DNA from: Promethearchaeota archaeon | Lineage (GTDB): Archaea > Asgardarchaeota > Thorarchaeia > Thorarchaeales > Thorarchaeaceae | Reading direction: 5' to 3' | DNA length: 64,000 nt | NCBI GenBank assembly: GCA_048939765.1 | Contig: JBHLPF010000007.1 | Coordinates: forward strand, 28,511 to 92,510 | Part shown: positions 39,612-48,954 of the stretch, piece by piece | How positions within the stretch are numbered: position 1 is the first letter of the stretch | Layout: every line of letters starts with the position of its first letter | The notes under the pieces: generated by a model | What the model saw: only the letters and a program-made list of their open reading frames with translations | Database searches by the model: none | Told to the model about the DNA's origin: nothing | Position numbers and translations under genes: made by a program

Positions 39612-40460
39612 TTGATCCTGGGTAGTATCTTGCTTAAGGTTGCCCCGAAAATCAAGAAAGCGTGGGCTAGAATTTGGCCAATCGATGGTGAGAAGGAGAT
39701 ACTATCAAAACTGACTCCGTGGATTATTGAGCGAAAGCCCAAACTCAGAAAGGGGGCTGTGCTACGGCGGAATCTCAACAGTAGCAGATGGTATGCATAC
39801 GAGTGTACTGAAGACCTATTTGTCGTCCTCATCACAGACGGCAAAGAGTCAGACGAGATGATTATAGATAGAGTGCGGAGGGCGGGTCGAGCAGTAAGGA
39901 GTGAATTGGAAAACCAGTCAGTCACAAAGGTGTTCAAGAAATACACCGAGATTGTGACACCATTCTTAGAGTCCAAGCTCGTGGTCGCTCTAGTAGGGAC
40001 TAGGGGAGTAGGAAAGACGACTACCATGCACTTGCTGCTTGGACACAGACCTCCTGAGGTCTATATTCCCACAATGGGTATGAACACGACGAGCCTTGAG
40101 GGAATGGACATCTCAAACTGTACTGTTGATCTCTGGGACCTCGGAGGCGACGACGAGGTCAACAAAGTCTGGGAATCATGTCTAGTCAATGTTGATGTCA
40201 TACTGTTGTTGACAGACTCAACTCTGAAGAATGTCTTGGAGTCCCAGAAGCTGGCGTCTGAAATCATGAGCTGTGCAGAAACAGCTTCTCTGACAGTGAT
40301 AGCCAATAAACAGGACCTGCCTAATGCCTTGGCGCCATCAGTGGTCGAGAAGGTCTTCAACATGGAGGCGCATCCACTGGTGGCTACAGACCTGACTGAA
40401 CATGAAGAGGCTGAGAGAATTCTGAAACACAGCCTTGCCAGCCATATTGGATTCACATAA
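39612..40460 (+). CDS. Arf-like small GTPase with N-terminal longin-like domain (Asgard ESP type)
   Basis: G1 GTRGVGKTT, G2 PT, G3 WDLGG, G4 ANKQD; start either ATG 39579 or TTG 39612. Confidence 0.82.
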   Translation: MILGSILLKVAPKIKKAWARIWPIDGEKEILSKLTPWIIERKPKLRKGAVLRRNLNSSRWYAYECTEDLFVVLITDGKESDEMIIDRVRRAGRAVRSELENQSVTKVFKKYTEIVTPFLESKLVVALVGTRGVGKTTTMHLLLGHRPPEVYIPTMGMNTTSLEGMDISNCTVDLWDLGGDDEVNKVWESCLVNVDVILLLTDSTLKNVLESQKLASEIMSCAETASLTVIANKQDLPNALAPSVVEKVFNMEAHPLVATDLTEHEEAERILKHSLASHIGFT

Positions 40461-40562
40461 CAGTGAGAAGCGTGGAAAAGAAAATGTGGCAGCTTGTGGA
40501 CCTGTAGAGGAACCATGCTAGAGGACAATGTTTAAAACCCAAAACACCAGACCACGGAACTT

Positions 40563-40682
40563 GATGGCGGCCATAGGCGCCGGGGACCATCCGATCCCGT
40601 TCCGATCTCGGAAATTAAGCCCGGTGTCGTTGCAGGAGATGTGCGCTGCGCGAGCGCGTGACAGGCCTGCAAGCTGCCACAT
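40563..40682 (+). rRNA. rrf: 5S rRNA (stand-alone)
   Basis: TGGCGGCCATAG...CCGATCCCGTTCCGATCTCGGAAATTAAGCC...GCTGCCA terminal helix; ends approximate. Confidence 0.92.
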
Positions 40683-40783
40683 TCTCCTTATTCCAACCAT
40701 ATCGCGGAGAGAACAACCCACGCAATCATATGCCCAATAGGTAATGGTTAAAGGAGAACTCGAGTTTTTCGAGATGAAACAAA

Positions 40784-41905
40784 ATGCAGTTACCAGGTCT
40801 AGAAGGCGATTATACAGGGCTCATCAATATTGTATTCCTCGTGTTCATCATCATGATGAGTCTTTATGGAGCTAGAATACAGATGTGGCAGTGGCTCAAG
40901 CAAATAGAGGCTAGCCTTGCTGAGCTTGAACAAATGAAGAAAGAGTCGATGCAGAAAGCAATTGAAACGTTCAACAAGTTCGGTAGAAACGAGGATGAGG
41001 TCGAGAAGGAACTTGCTCGTTGGCTAGACTACTTCACGATAATGCCTGTGGATTTAGACCCGGCTGGGATACTGAAACGGTTGGACCATCTCCTGGATGA
41101 ACGTCGAGACCGGTTTCAAGAGTTCGTATCAGAGCTTGCACCAGAAGGTGGCACAGCTGAGCATCAGTCATTGGAGAATACCCTTGAGGTGACTCAGGTT
41201 CTAGACCTGATCTTCCGTATCGTCCGACACTTCTACCTGATTGGGAAGAAGACTGGGAGTCAAATAATGATCATGCAGATTCACATGCAACTCCCGGACA
41301 TCATGCGGCTGGCAAAGGCATACTTCGATGCCCTTGATGCGTTTGCGGATGGTAAGCCTATCGGAGATGGCATTGGACCGTTGGTAGTCACTCGGTTCGC
41401 TCGCGAATATGGCGGAACTCCTGACAGATATGTTCACGAAATCAGCAAAGAGGTTGGATATTATCCTATTGAGGTCGAAGGACGCACAGTCTATGCTATA
41501 AGGGCTACTGGCCCTGGTGGCACAGTAGGAAAACCAGGCTTCGCCGTCAAGAAGATAGTCGACGACAATAAGGGAAAGATCGCCAGAATCATCACAATCG
41601 ATGCCGCTCTAAAACTCGAGGGGGAGGACCTTGGACGTGTTTCAGAGGGAACTGGCGCTGCAATAGGCGATCCCGGCCCTGAAAAGTATGCCATGGAGCA
41701 GACTGCAACAGAGAATGACATCGGCATCGAGGCCATTGTTATTAAAGAGGATGAGGCTGCAGCCGTCGGTGTGTTGGACAAGAAGATTCTTGACTCTGTG
41801 CCTGAGGTCATAGAGAGGATTAAGACGTCGATTCTAAAGAGAACAAAGCCCGGTGACAAGATCATCCTAGCGGGAATTGGAAACACTATTGGAATTGGAC
41901 TCTGA
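40784..41905 (+). CDS. DUF1512 family protein
   Basis: PVDLDPAGI, PIGDGIGPLV, GPGGTVGKPG, IDAALKLEGE, GIGNTIGIG. Confidence 0.85.
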   Translation: MQLPGLEGDYTGLINIVFLVFIIMMSLYGARIQMWQWLKQIEASLAELEQMKKESMQKAIETFNKFGRNEDEVEKELARWLDYFTIMPVDLDPAGILKRLDHLLDERRDRFQEFVSELAPEGGTAEHQSLENTLEVTQVLDLIFRIVRHFYLIGKKTGSQIMIMQIHMQLPDIMRLAKAYFDALDAFADGKPIGDGIGPLVVTRFAREYGGTPDRYVHEISKEVGYYPIEVEGRTVYAIRATGPGGTVGKPGFAVKKIVDDNKGKIARIITIDAALKLEGEDLGRVSEGTGAAIGDPGPEKYAMEQTATENDIGIEAIVIKEDEAAAVGVLDKKILDSVPEVIERIKTSILKRTKPGDKIILAGIGNTIGIGL

Positions 41906-41917
41906 GGTGACTGAGAT

Positions 41918-42271
41918 ATGGGATTAGTCAGCAAAATACTGGGAATCGGCATTGCCGCATCTGGAATAGTAATCCTGTTCTTTGGGTCTTCAGACCCTGT
42001 CTGGTCCTTTGGTTACTACATACTTGGCCTCATACTGATGTCTGTAGGACTGACATTGGTCACTTCAAGAAGCGCGGCTGGAGAGAAGAAACCACCGCCA
42101 CCAACTGTGACAGACATAAGATGTGATAATCTGGAGTGTACATTCAAGGAGATTAGAGACTTCCAGAAGGGTGACTATATTCTAAAGCCCATGGAGACTC
42201 AATGCCCGAAATGTCAAAGTACCATGACAATTCAAGGAGTGTATATTGTCAGAGAGCAGGAGCCAGAATAG
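41918..42271 (+). CDS. Two-TM protein with C-terminal zinc ribbon
   Basis: CDNLEC...RDFQKGDY...CPKC. Confidence 0.7.
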   Translation: MGLVSKILGIGIAASGIVILFFGSSDPVWSFGYYILGLILMSVGLTLVTSRSAAGEKKPPPPTVTDIRCDNLECTFKEIRDFQKGDYILKPMETQCPKCQSTMTIQGVYIVREQEPE

Positions 42272-42377
42272 TAGGAACGTCCTCAGTCCTCGGCACAGCA
42301 GCCTGACTCACCTCATCCAGCACACGGGCTGCTCTTTTCCCCACCTTCACATAGTCAGGGTGAGGACCAATCGCCAT
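42249..42377 (-). pseudogene. Truncated 5' remnant of a second methionine aminopeptidase paralogue
   Basis: MAIGPHPDYVKVGKRAARVLDEVSQAAVP aligns to the N-terminus of the adjacent Map (PHPDFVKAGQIAARVLKEMSPQVKP); stops after 42 aa. Confidence 0.7.
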
Positions 42378-42441
42378 GGCAGATCACGAATTTGCTTGAC
42401 GTGTCGGTTCTTAAGACGCTTCATACGCGCTTTTAGAAAAG

Positions 42442-43341
42442 TCAGTCACGCAGAGTCGTAACTATGGCTCCCTTTTCTCCAACAAATAGGCTGTGCTCAA
42501 ACTGGGACACCATACCGTCTTTGCCCTCGATGAGCACAGGATAACTTCTGATTGCGCCTGCTCTGAGAAGGGTGTGGAGTGCTGCAGTCACATCGACATG
42601 AGAGTTGCTGAGCCATCTCGATGCCCAAGGAAGAGGACCGAATCTTTTGCGTGCTGCATTACGAACTTGACTTGTCAGTCGATCCAGTTTCTTCTTGTTG
42701 GTCAGCACATTCGCAAAGATATAGGATTCTGGTGACGATTTCACTGTCCCATTGCCGTCCGTTGCGAATGGCTCTACCGCAAAGGTTTCACCCAGATTCA
42801 TCTTAGCACCTCTGCGTGTTCCAACATTCGGAACATTCGTTCCTGCGTGGAGATTCCACTGCTTGAGCTGATGACCTGAGAGCTGATGAATGGGACGCAG
42901 ACCGTGCTTCTTGATAGTTCGTTCGATTGCAGCACCAACCTCTCCCACACGGACTCCTGGTTGAATCACCTCTATAGCGGCGTCCAGTGCAGAACTTGCC
43001 GCCGCAATGAAGTTCTCATAGGATCCATCCAGATCAATAGTGACCGCTGTATCCACTAGGTGACCGTTGACATGAGCGCCAATATCTAGTTTGACCAAGC
43101 CCTTCTTTGGAAACGTCTTACTATCATTATGGGGACTAGTGTAGTGTGCGGCTTCCTCATTTAGTGAAACATTGCACGGAAAGGCTAGTCCTCCACCGTA
43201 CTCGAGTATTTTCTTCTCTACAAGGGTGCAGATTCTCAAGACCTTGACTCCGGGCTTGACCTGGGGGCTCATTTCCTTTAGGACTCTTGCTGCGATCTGG
43301 CCGGCCTTTACGAAATCAGGATGAGGAGAGGTCATTGTCAC
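42442..43341 (-). CDS. map: Type II methionine aminopeptidase
   Basis: AFPCNVS.NEEAAHY, KLDIGAHVNG..DTA, GH, AVEPF, QFEH. Confidence 0.96.
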   Translation of the reverse strand: MTMTSPHPDFVKAGQIAARVLKEMSPQVKPGVKVLRICTLVEKKILEYGGGLAFPCNVSLNEEAAHYTSPHNDSKTFPKKGLVKLDIGAHVNGHLVDTAVTIDLDGSYENFIAAASSALDAAIEVIQPGVRVGEVGAAIERTIKKHGLRPIHQLSGHQLKQWNLHAGTNVPNVGTRRGAKMNLGETFAVEPFATDGNGTVKSSPESYIFANVLTNKKKLDRLTSQVRNAARKRFGPLPWASRWLSNSHVDVTAALHTLLRAGAIRSYPVLIEGKDGMVSQFEHSLFVGEKGAIVTTLRD

Positions 43342-43495
43342 TTACGAGAGCTGTAGAATCTAATCTTAAGGAGTTCTATTCATGAGCTTCATCATAGTAG
43401 GTAACAATGAAGGACACACGGAGAGCAGAAGTGACTAATTTAAGATGCACCTTGCTAACATAGGATGCAGAGAACTGTCATTAGGAGAGAAAAAT

Positions 43496-44170
43496 ATGAA
43501 AGTCACATATCTTGGGCATGCATCCTTTAAGATTGAATGCGAAGAGAGAGTGGTCTTCATAGATCCGTGGTTGAACGGGCCAACATCACCATTGAGAGTA
43601 GACGATGTAGAGAGAGCAGACATTGTCATGGTCACGCATGACCATGGAGATCATGGTTATACAGAAGCTATTGAGATCTGCAAGAAGACCGGGGCATACT
43701 TTGTTGCAATCAACGAGCTTGCACTGCAGGCACAACGTGCAGGGGTTGAAAACGTGCACACCCTCAACATTGGTGGTAGCGTAGATATCGGTGACGTCAG
43801 AGTCACTCTGGTTCATGCGTTTCATTCATGCGGGATAGGTGCTCCAACGGGATTCATTGTCAAGCTTCCATGTGGTATAGTCTATCACCCTGGTGACACA
43901 GGTGTCTTTTCCGATATGGCTCTATGGCACAGACTCTACAAACCGGATGTGTATTTTCCACCCATAGGAAACTACTACACACAAGATGTGGCACAGGCAG
44001 TACTTTCGGTAGAGCTTGTAAAGCCAAAGGTTGTTATTCCCATTCACTATGACACATTTCCAGTCATAAGTGCAGATCCTGAGGAGTTCAGACGCCAGGT
44101 CAATGAAACTATGAAGGATGTAAGAGTAGAGAATCTGAAACCTGGGGAAACCATAGAGCTAAGCTTCTGA
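43496..44170 (+). CDS. Metallo-beta-lactamase-fold hydrolase (UPF0173)
   Basis: YLGHAS, IDPW, THDHGDH, YHPGDT, PIHYDTF; start refined to ATG 43496. Confidence 0.92.
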   Translation: MKVTYLGHASFKIECEERVVFIDPWLNGPTSPLRVDDVERADIVMVTHDHGDHGYTEAIEICKKTGAYFVAINELALQAQRAGVENVHTLNIGGSVDIGDVRVTLVHAFHSCGIGAPTGFIVKLPCGIVYHPGDTGVFSDMALWHRLYKPDVYFPPIGNYYTQDVAQAVLSVELVKPKVVIPIHYDTFPVISADPEEFRRQVNETMKDVRVENLKPGETIELSF

Positions 44171-44785
44171 ATAACCAGATTCTTACATAATCAAGGAGAG
44201 GCAGGTATAGCCCACATCTCTTGACCTAGAACTAGAGCGGCAATCAGAACCACCACGAGGAGTATGATTGCCAGTTCCCGTTTTCCTAGTTTCCAGACCA
44301 ACTCGTCACGCACCGACCATAAGATGGTGGTCGACACCTGTATCCCATACCACTAACTCCCAGCATCACAGCATCAGAAATGCATCTGGCTCCACCGAGT
44401 TGTCTCGTGCTGGGCATATCGGCATCGACCGGCCTGCCAATGTACGAAGTCTGGGTGACCCATAGTTCATCTGAAACTGCGTTTCATCATATGAGTCCGT
44501 TATGACTCGTCCAAACGGTTTTCGACAGGCATTGCCCAGGCTGTCACCCATCCCTTGCGCAACACCTCATAGGCGAAGCCTCTGTGTGCCCTCGTGAATG
44601 GGTTATTTCTCCTGAACGTATAGCATTCGGAATCAATGGTTATTAGGATTGTCAATTGGCGCGATTTTCAGGCATATATGGAGAAACAGGTCAACTTGGT
44701 GGTGCTAACGACAGCTTCAAATACGCATCAGTTCAGACCAACCATGTAAGGAGCCACACCCTGAAGGAATCGGGTGTGCTTTACG

Positions 44786-45062
44786 ATCATCATATCATCA
44801 TATCACAAGCCACGGCTTGACCTCCTGAAGAGAGGCGCCGTCGCGCGCGTCATAAGACGTTTATCAATCACAAAATCATCAGAATCATCCAATCATCATT
44901 GCACAAGAAGGGCACGACACAAAGCCGACTCGGTGGGTCTATTCCTAGTTGAACATGAAGAGGTTGAAGATAGGTACCTGTACCATGATGATGCGCGAAA
45001 GGAGTGCATCTCAGTATGAGGGGCAAAAGCGCGAGGCAGTATGACATAGGAGATATCATCAT
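44786..45062. repeat. Cluster of ATCATC motifs in the long non-coding region upstream of dnaG
   Basis: ATCATC at 44786, 44794, 44875, 44884, 44892, 45055; inverted ATGATGAT at 44985. Confidence 0.7.
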
Positions 45063-46330
45063 TGGGAACAGATTTCGATTCAAGTACTGCAAAATATGTC
45101 ATAAGAGCAAAGATTGACATCGATGGGGTAGTAGACAAGCCAGATGTTGTGGGAGCAGTATTCGGACAGACGGAAGGCCTTCTAGGCGAGGATCTAGATC
45201 TGCGGGAACTACAACGAACAGGAAGAATTGGTAGAATCCAGATTGCCATCAAGTCGCAAGGCGGACACAGTCGCGGTGAGATTGTCATTCCAGTTTCTCT
45301 CAACAAGACAGCAACCGCTATACTTGCAGCGTCACTGGAAACCGTGGATCGAGTAGGACCCTGCACGGCTAAGGTGACCCTAGAGAAGGTGGAAGACATC
45401 CGAGGCGCAAAGCGGCGGAAGGTTGTCAGCAGAGCGATTAGCATTCTGAAGGGATGGGAGGAGGAAATTGCACCTGGAGCTACCGAAATTACAACTGCAG
45501 TGACAAAGGGAAGAAAGGGAGGTGTGGCCAAATTTGGACCTGACAATCTCCCGGCTGGTCCAGAACTAGCCAAGAGCAAAGAGATAATCATTGTCGAGGG
45601 AAGAGCCGATATTCTCAATCTCATGAAATATAGGATTAACAACACAGTTGCCGTGGAAGGAACTCATATTCCAAAGAGCATCGCAGATCTGACAAGGAAA
45701 CGTGGTAAGAAGGTCATAGCATTCCTTGATGGTGACAGAGGAGGGGACCTGATTCTTCGAGAACTGATGCAAGTCGCCAGGATTGACTATATTGCACGTG
45801 CTCCGGAGGGAAAAGAGGTGGAAGAACTCTCTCGGTCAGAGGTTGAGAAAGCTCTTCAGACACGGATTCCAGCCGATCAGGCGCTGGCATTGGTGAGTGC
45901 CAAAAAGCCTTCAGAGAGGAAAAAGCCACCAGTCAAGAAGCCGAAAAGAGAACCAAGGACCAGAAGAGAAGACCGTCGACCCAGCGAAGAGTATGAAAGA
46001 CCGAGGCGAGAAAGGGCTCCACGTAGACCTGTGATTGAAGTGGATGATGTATATCTGGACAAGATAGACGAGATTAAGGAAACCTTCAAGGCTGTGGTCT
46101 TCAATGCCGAGAAGAATATTGTTGCCGAATGCAGTGTTGCGGACCTTGCAAAGACCCTTGAGAGCATAGACGATGCTGATGCCATTGTGTTCGATGGTGT
46201 AGTGACCCAGCGTCTTGCGGATTCGGCTTCTTCAAAGAAGATCAAGCTTCTTATTGGAGCTGCTGTTGCAGACCTTGATAAGCGCCCACGCGGTCTTCAG
46301 ATAGCCACATTTGATGACCTGAAGGAATAG
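45062..46330 (+). CDS. dnaG: Archaeal DnaG (TOPRIM, exosome-associated)
   Basis: GVVDKPDVVGAVFGQTEGLLG, VEGRAD, DGDRGG, FDGVVTQRL. Confidence 0.96.
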   Translation: MGTDFDSSTAKYVIRAKIDIDGVVDKPDVVGAVFGQTEGLLGEDLDLRELQRTGRIGRIQIAIKSQGGHSRGEIVIPVSLNKTATAILAASLETVDRVGPCTAKVTLEKVEDIRGAKRRKVVSRAISILKGWEEEIAPGATEITTAVTKGRKGGVAKFGPDNLPAGPELAKSKEIIIVEGRADILNLMKYRINNTVAVEGTHIPKSIADLTRKRGKKVIAFLDGDRGGDLILRELMQVARIDYIARAPEGKEVEELSRSEVEKALQTRIPADQALALVSAKKPSERKKPPVKKPKREPRTRREDRRPSEEYERPRRERAPRRPVIEVDDVYLDKIDEIKETFKAVVFNAEKNIVAECSVADLAKTLESIDDADAIVFDGVVTQRLADSASSKKIKLLIGAAVADLDKRPRGLQIATFDDLKE

Positions 46331-46377
46331 TAATACTCACTGTTATCATTTCCGTCTAGAACGGTATCAGGAGAGAC

Positions 46378-47835
46378 TTGAGGCTCAACGAAGACAAGGT
46401 CATACTTGAGGATATCGAATCGACTGAGGAAGTTTCAACGCCGAGCGACCCCTTTGAGAGAATCATAGGTCAAGAACGAGCTGTGGTACTCGTGCGTTCT
46501 GCAGTGAAACAACGGAGACATGTGTTGCTCTGTGGTGTGCCTGGCGTCGGAAAATCGATGCTCGCAAATGCTGCAGCCTCGCTCCTGCCTCAGCCTGAGG
46601 AACAAATATCACTGCGACACAACCAGTCTCGCCCCAATCGCCCTGAGGTTGTTATTGAGCCTATTGACAAGACTCAGGATGAAAGAGTTCCACCTACTGT
46701 GTTAGACTCAATCTACATCAGACCAGATAATGTGCCTTTTGAAGTAGCGGTAAAGATGGGGTATCGATGCTCAAGATGCGGAAGCCTTTCCCTGCCCAGT
46801 CAGAGCATGTGTATGGAGTGCGATGCGATAAAACGGTGTGACTGGACTGTAGGAGAAACAGACAGTACATCTTTCTCAGGACTCTTTCGCACTTTGGAGT
46901 TGATGGGGAATCCTGCGTTAACAACAGTTGTGCGGCATGAGGTAATCAAAGGAGTTTCGGTGGTTGCTACATATGAAAGGGATCAAGGCGACACCATTAG
47001 GGTTCTATATGTGCACGATTCAACTAATCCCCAGACCTCTCAAGGAGAGTTCCCAAATCATGTATTGGTTTCACATGCCTCCAAGCGTTTCGTGAGGGCT
47101 AGTGGAGCTAGTCCTGTGGAGCTGCTTGGTGATGTTGAACATGATCCATATGGAAGCGCGGAATCATTGGGAACGGCGCCATATCTCAGAGTGATTCCCG
47201 GTGCAATTCACGAGGCGCATGAGGGAATTCTATACTTGGATGAGATTGCTGCCTTAGGTCAGTATCAAAAGCATTTGCTCACGGCGATGCAAGATGGCAC
47301 TTTTCCAATTGCTGGGCGAAATCCTCACAGCTCTGGGGCTGCCGTCCGCGTTGACAATGTGCCCTGCAGGTTTGTCTTGTTTGGAGCCTGCAATGTAGAA
47401 GACCTGCAGAAGATATTGACACCTCTAAGATCGCGAATAAGAGGTTATGGCTACGAGATTATGCTTGACTCCTGGATGGAAAAGACGCCCGAAACTACGA
47501 GAGATATCGTGAGATTCATTTCTCAGACCGTGAGAGAGGATGGAAGAATTCCTCACCTAGACAGAGAAGCGATTTTCTCAGTATTGAAGGCAGCTGAATC
47601 CAAGGCACAAGAGCTGGATGGAGTGAGTGGCGCTTTGACGCTAAGACTTCGCGAGCTTGGGGGGCTGATTCGGGTGGCGGGAGACCTGGCAGTCCAAGAA
47701 TCCGCAGAATACGTGAAGCCGTTGCATATCGATAGAGCTGAATCATTGACAAAGGGCTTGGATTCGTATAATCCTTGTGGGGCTGGTCAGAAGGACAATG
47801 TTCCTCAAGGTAACTACGGAGACTATTTCTTCTGA
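46378..47835 (+). CDS. LonB-like AAA+ ATPase lacking the protease domain, with a Zn-ribbon insert
   Basis: IGQERAV, GVPGVGKS, GAIHEAHEGILYLDE, LRSRIRGYGYE, LRELGGLIR; no Ser-Lys protease domain. Confidence 0.85.
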   Translation: MRLNEDKVILEDIESTEEVSTPSDPFERIIGQERAVVLVRSAVKQRRHVLLCGVPGVGKSMLANAAASLLPQPEEQISLRHNQSRPNRPEVVIEPIDKTQDERVPPTVLDSIYIRPDNVPFEVAVKMGYRCSRCGSLSLPSQSMCMECDAIKRCDWTVGETDSTSFSGLFRTLELMGNPALTTVVRHEVIKGVSVVATYERDQGDTIRVLYVHDSTNPQTSQGEFPNHVLVSHASKRFVRASGASPVELLGDVEHDPYGSAESLGTAPYLRVIPGAIHEAHEGILYLDEIAALGQYQKHLLTAMQDGTFPIAGRNPHSSGAAVRVDNVPCRFVLFGACNVEDLQKILTPLRSRIRGYGYEIMLDSWMEKTPETTRDIVRFISQTVREDGRIPHLDREAIFSVLKAAESKAQELDGVSGALTLRLRELGGLIRVAGDLAVQESAEYVKPLHIDRAESLTKGLDSYNPCGAGQKDNVPQGNYGDYFF

Positions 47836-47862
47836 AACAGATGTTCCTTTGATGGTGTCACC

Positions 47863-48954
47863 TTGAAGGTATTGAAGCGCAATCTGAAAGAGGGAAAAAT
47901 CGTCCTCAAGATAGAGACCCTCGACGATCTCTGGCATTTGTATAATCTAGTCGGTCCTGGCGATACCGTTGTTTCCAGAACGACTCGAAGGGTCAAAGTC
48001 GGGGATGATGACGCCAGAAAACAGGATAGTGTGCGCAAGCCTATGACACTGGTTTTGAAGATTGAGGATGTCATGTTTCATGCGTTCTCCAATCGCGTGA
48101 GATTAAAGGGCATCATTCTGGAAGGGCCCGGAGATCTCGTAAACATAGGATCGCACCACACGTTCAATGTGGAAGAAGGAAGCACCCTGACGATAATCAA
48201 GGAGCACTGGCCCCGCTTCATGCTGGAACGAATCAAGGAAGCAGAGAAGAGAGGCGAGAGTCCGGTAGCTTTGCTGGTGACAATAGAGGACGGAGTTGCT
48301 GAGCTATTCCTTGTTGCAGATTTTGGAATTAGAGAGGCTGTTCGCGTGCGAACAAGCATATCTAGAAAGCGTGGAGACCAAAAGGCGTACGATGCCACTA
48401 TGCGGGATTTCTTTTCAAATGTAGGACTTGCTATCCGTTCCCAATTGGAGCAGAATAAGATAGCAATCATCATAATTGCAGGACCAGGATTTGTGAAAGA
48501 CCACTTTAGTGAGTTCCTTCGTGGATTGAAGATAAAGGACCTACCACCGGTATCTGTTGAGAGCTTGAACTCGATAGGATTTCCAGGTGCAAAGGAGATT
48601 CTTTTCAGAGGAGTGATTTCAAAAGCTATAGAGGGTTTGAAACTCGAGATTGAAACACAGCTAATTGAGGGAGTTATAGAGCATATTGCAAAGGGTGATG
48701 GCCTTGGAGCCTATGGTGATAAAGAGGTGAAGACTGCAGTCGAGTATGGGGCAGTAGAACATCTCCTGATAACAGACAAGAGGCTAAGAGAAGGCGACCA
48801 TGACCAGCGACAGTGGATGGACAATCTAATTCGAAATACCGAGAAGACACGCGGTCAATTCCATATCGTGTCCACAGACCATCCAGCGGGTGACCAGCTC
48901 CAGAATCTTGGAGGTGTTGCTGCCATTTTGAGATTCAAGATTGACCAATCATAG
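47863..48954 (+). CDS. pelA: Pelota/Dom34 ribosome rescue factor
   Basis: ETLDDLWHL, GSHHT, AGPGFVK, YGAVE, LGGVAAILRF. Confidence 0.96.
   Translation: MKVLKRNLKEGKIVLKIETLDDLWHLYNLVGPGDTVVSRTTRRVKVGDDDARKQDSVRKPMTLVLKIEDVMFHAFSNRVRLKGIILEGPGDLVNIGSHHTFNVEEGSTLTIIKEHWPRFMLERIKEAEKRGESPVALLVTIEDGVAELFLVADFGIREAVRVRTSISRKRGDQKAYDATMRDFFSNVGLAIRSQLEQNKIAIIIIAGPGFVKDHFSEFLRGLKIKDLPPVSVESLNSIGFPGAKEILFRGVISKAIEGLKLEIETQLIEGVIEHIAKGDGLGAYGDKEVKTAVEYGAVEHLLITDKRLREGDHDQRQWMDNLIRNTEKTRGQFHIVSTDHPAGDQLQNLGGVAAILRFKIDQS

Noticed and set aside
44985-45020. ATGA..GAAA hairpin resembling a SECIS element
   Set aside because: Helix too short, no proper GA quartet, and no upstream UGA-containing gene
44171-45061. 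Replication origin, RNase P RNA or SRP RNA in the long intergenic gap
   Set aside because: No ORB boxes, no adjacent cdc6, and no RNase P P4 or SRP helix-8 consensus found
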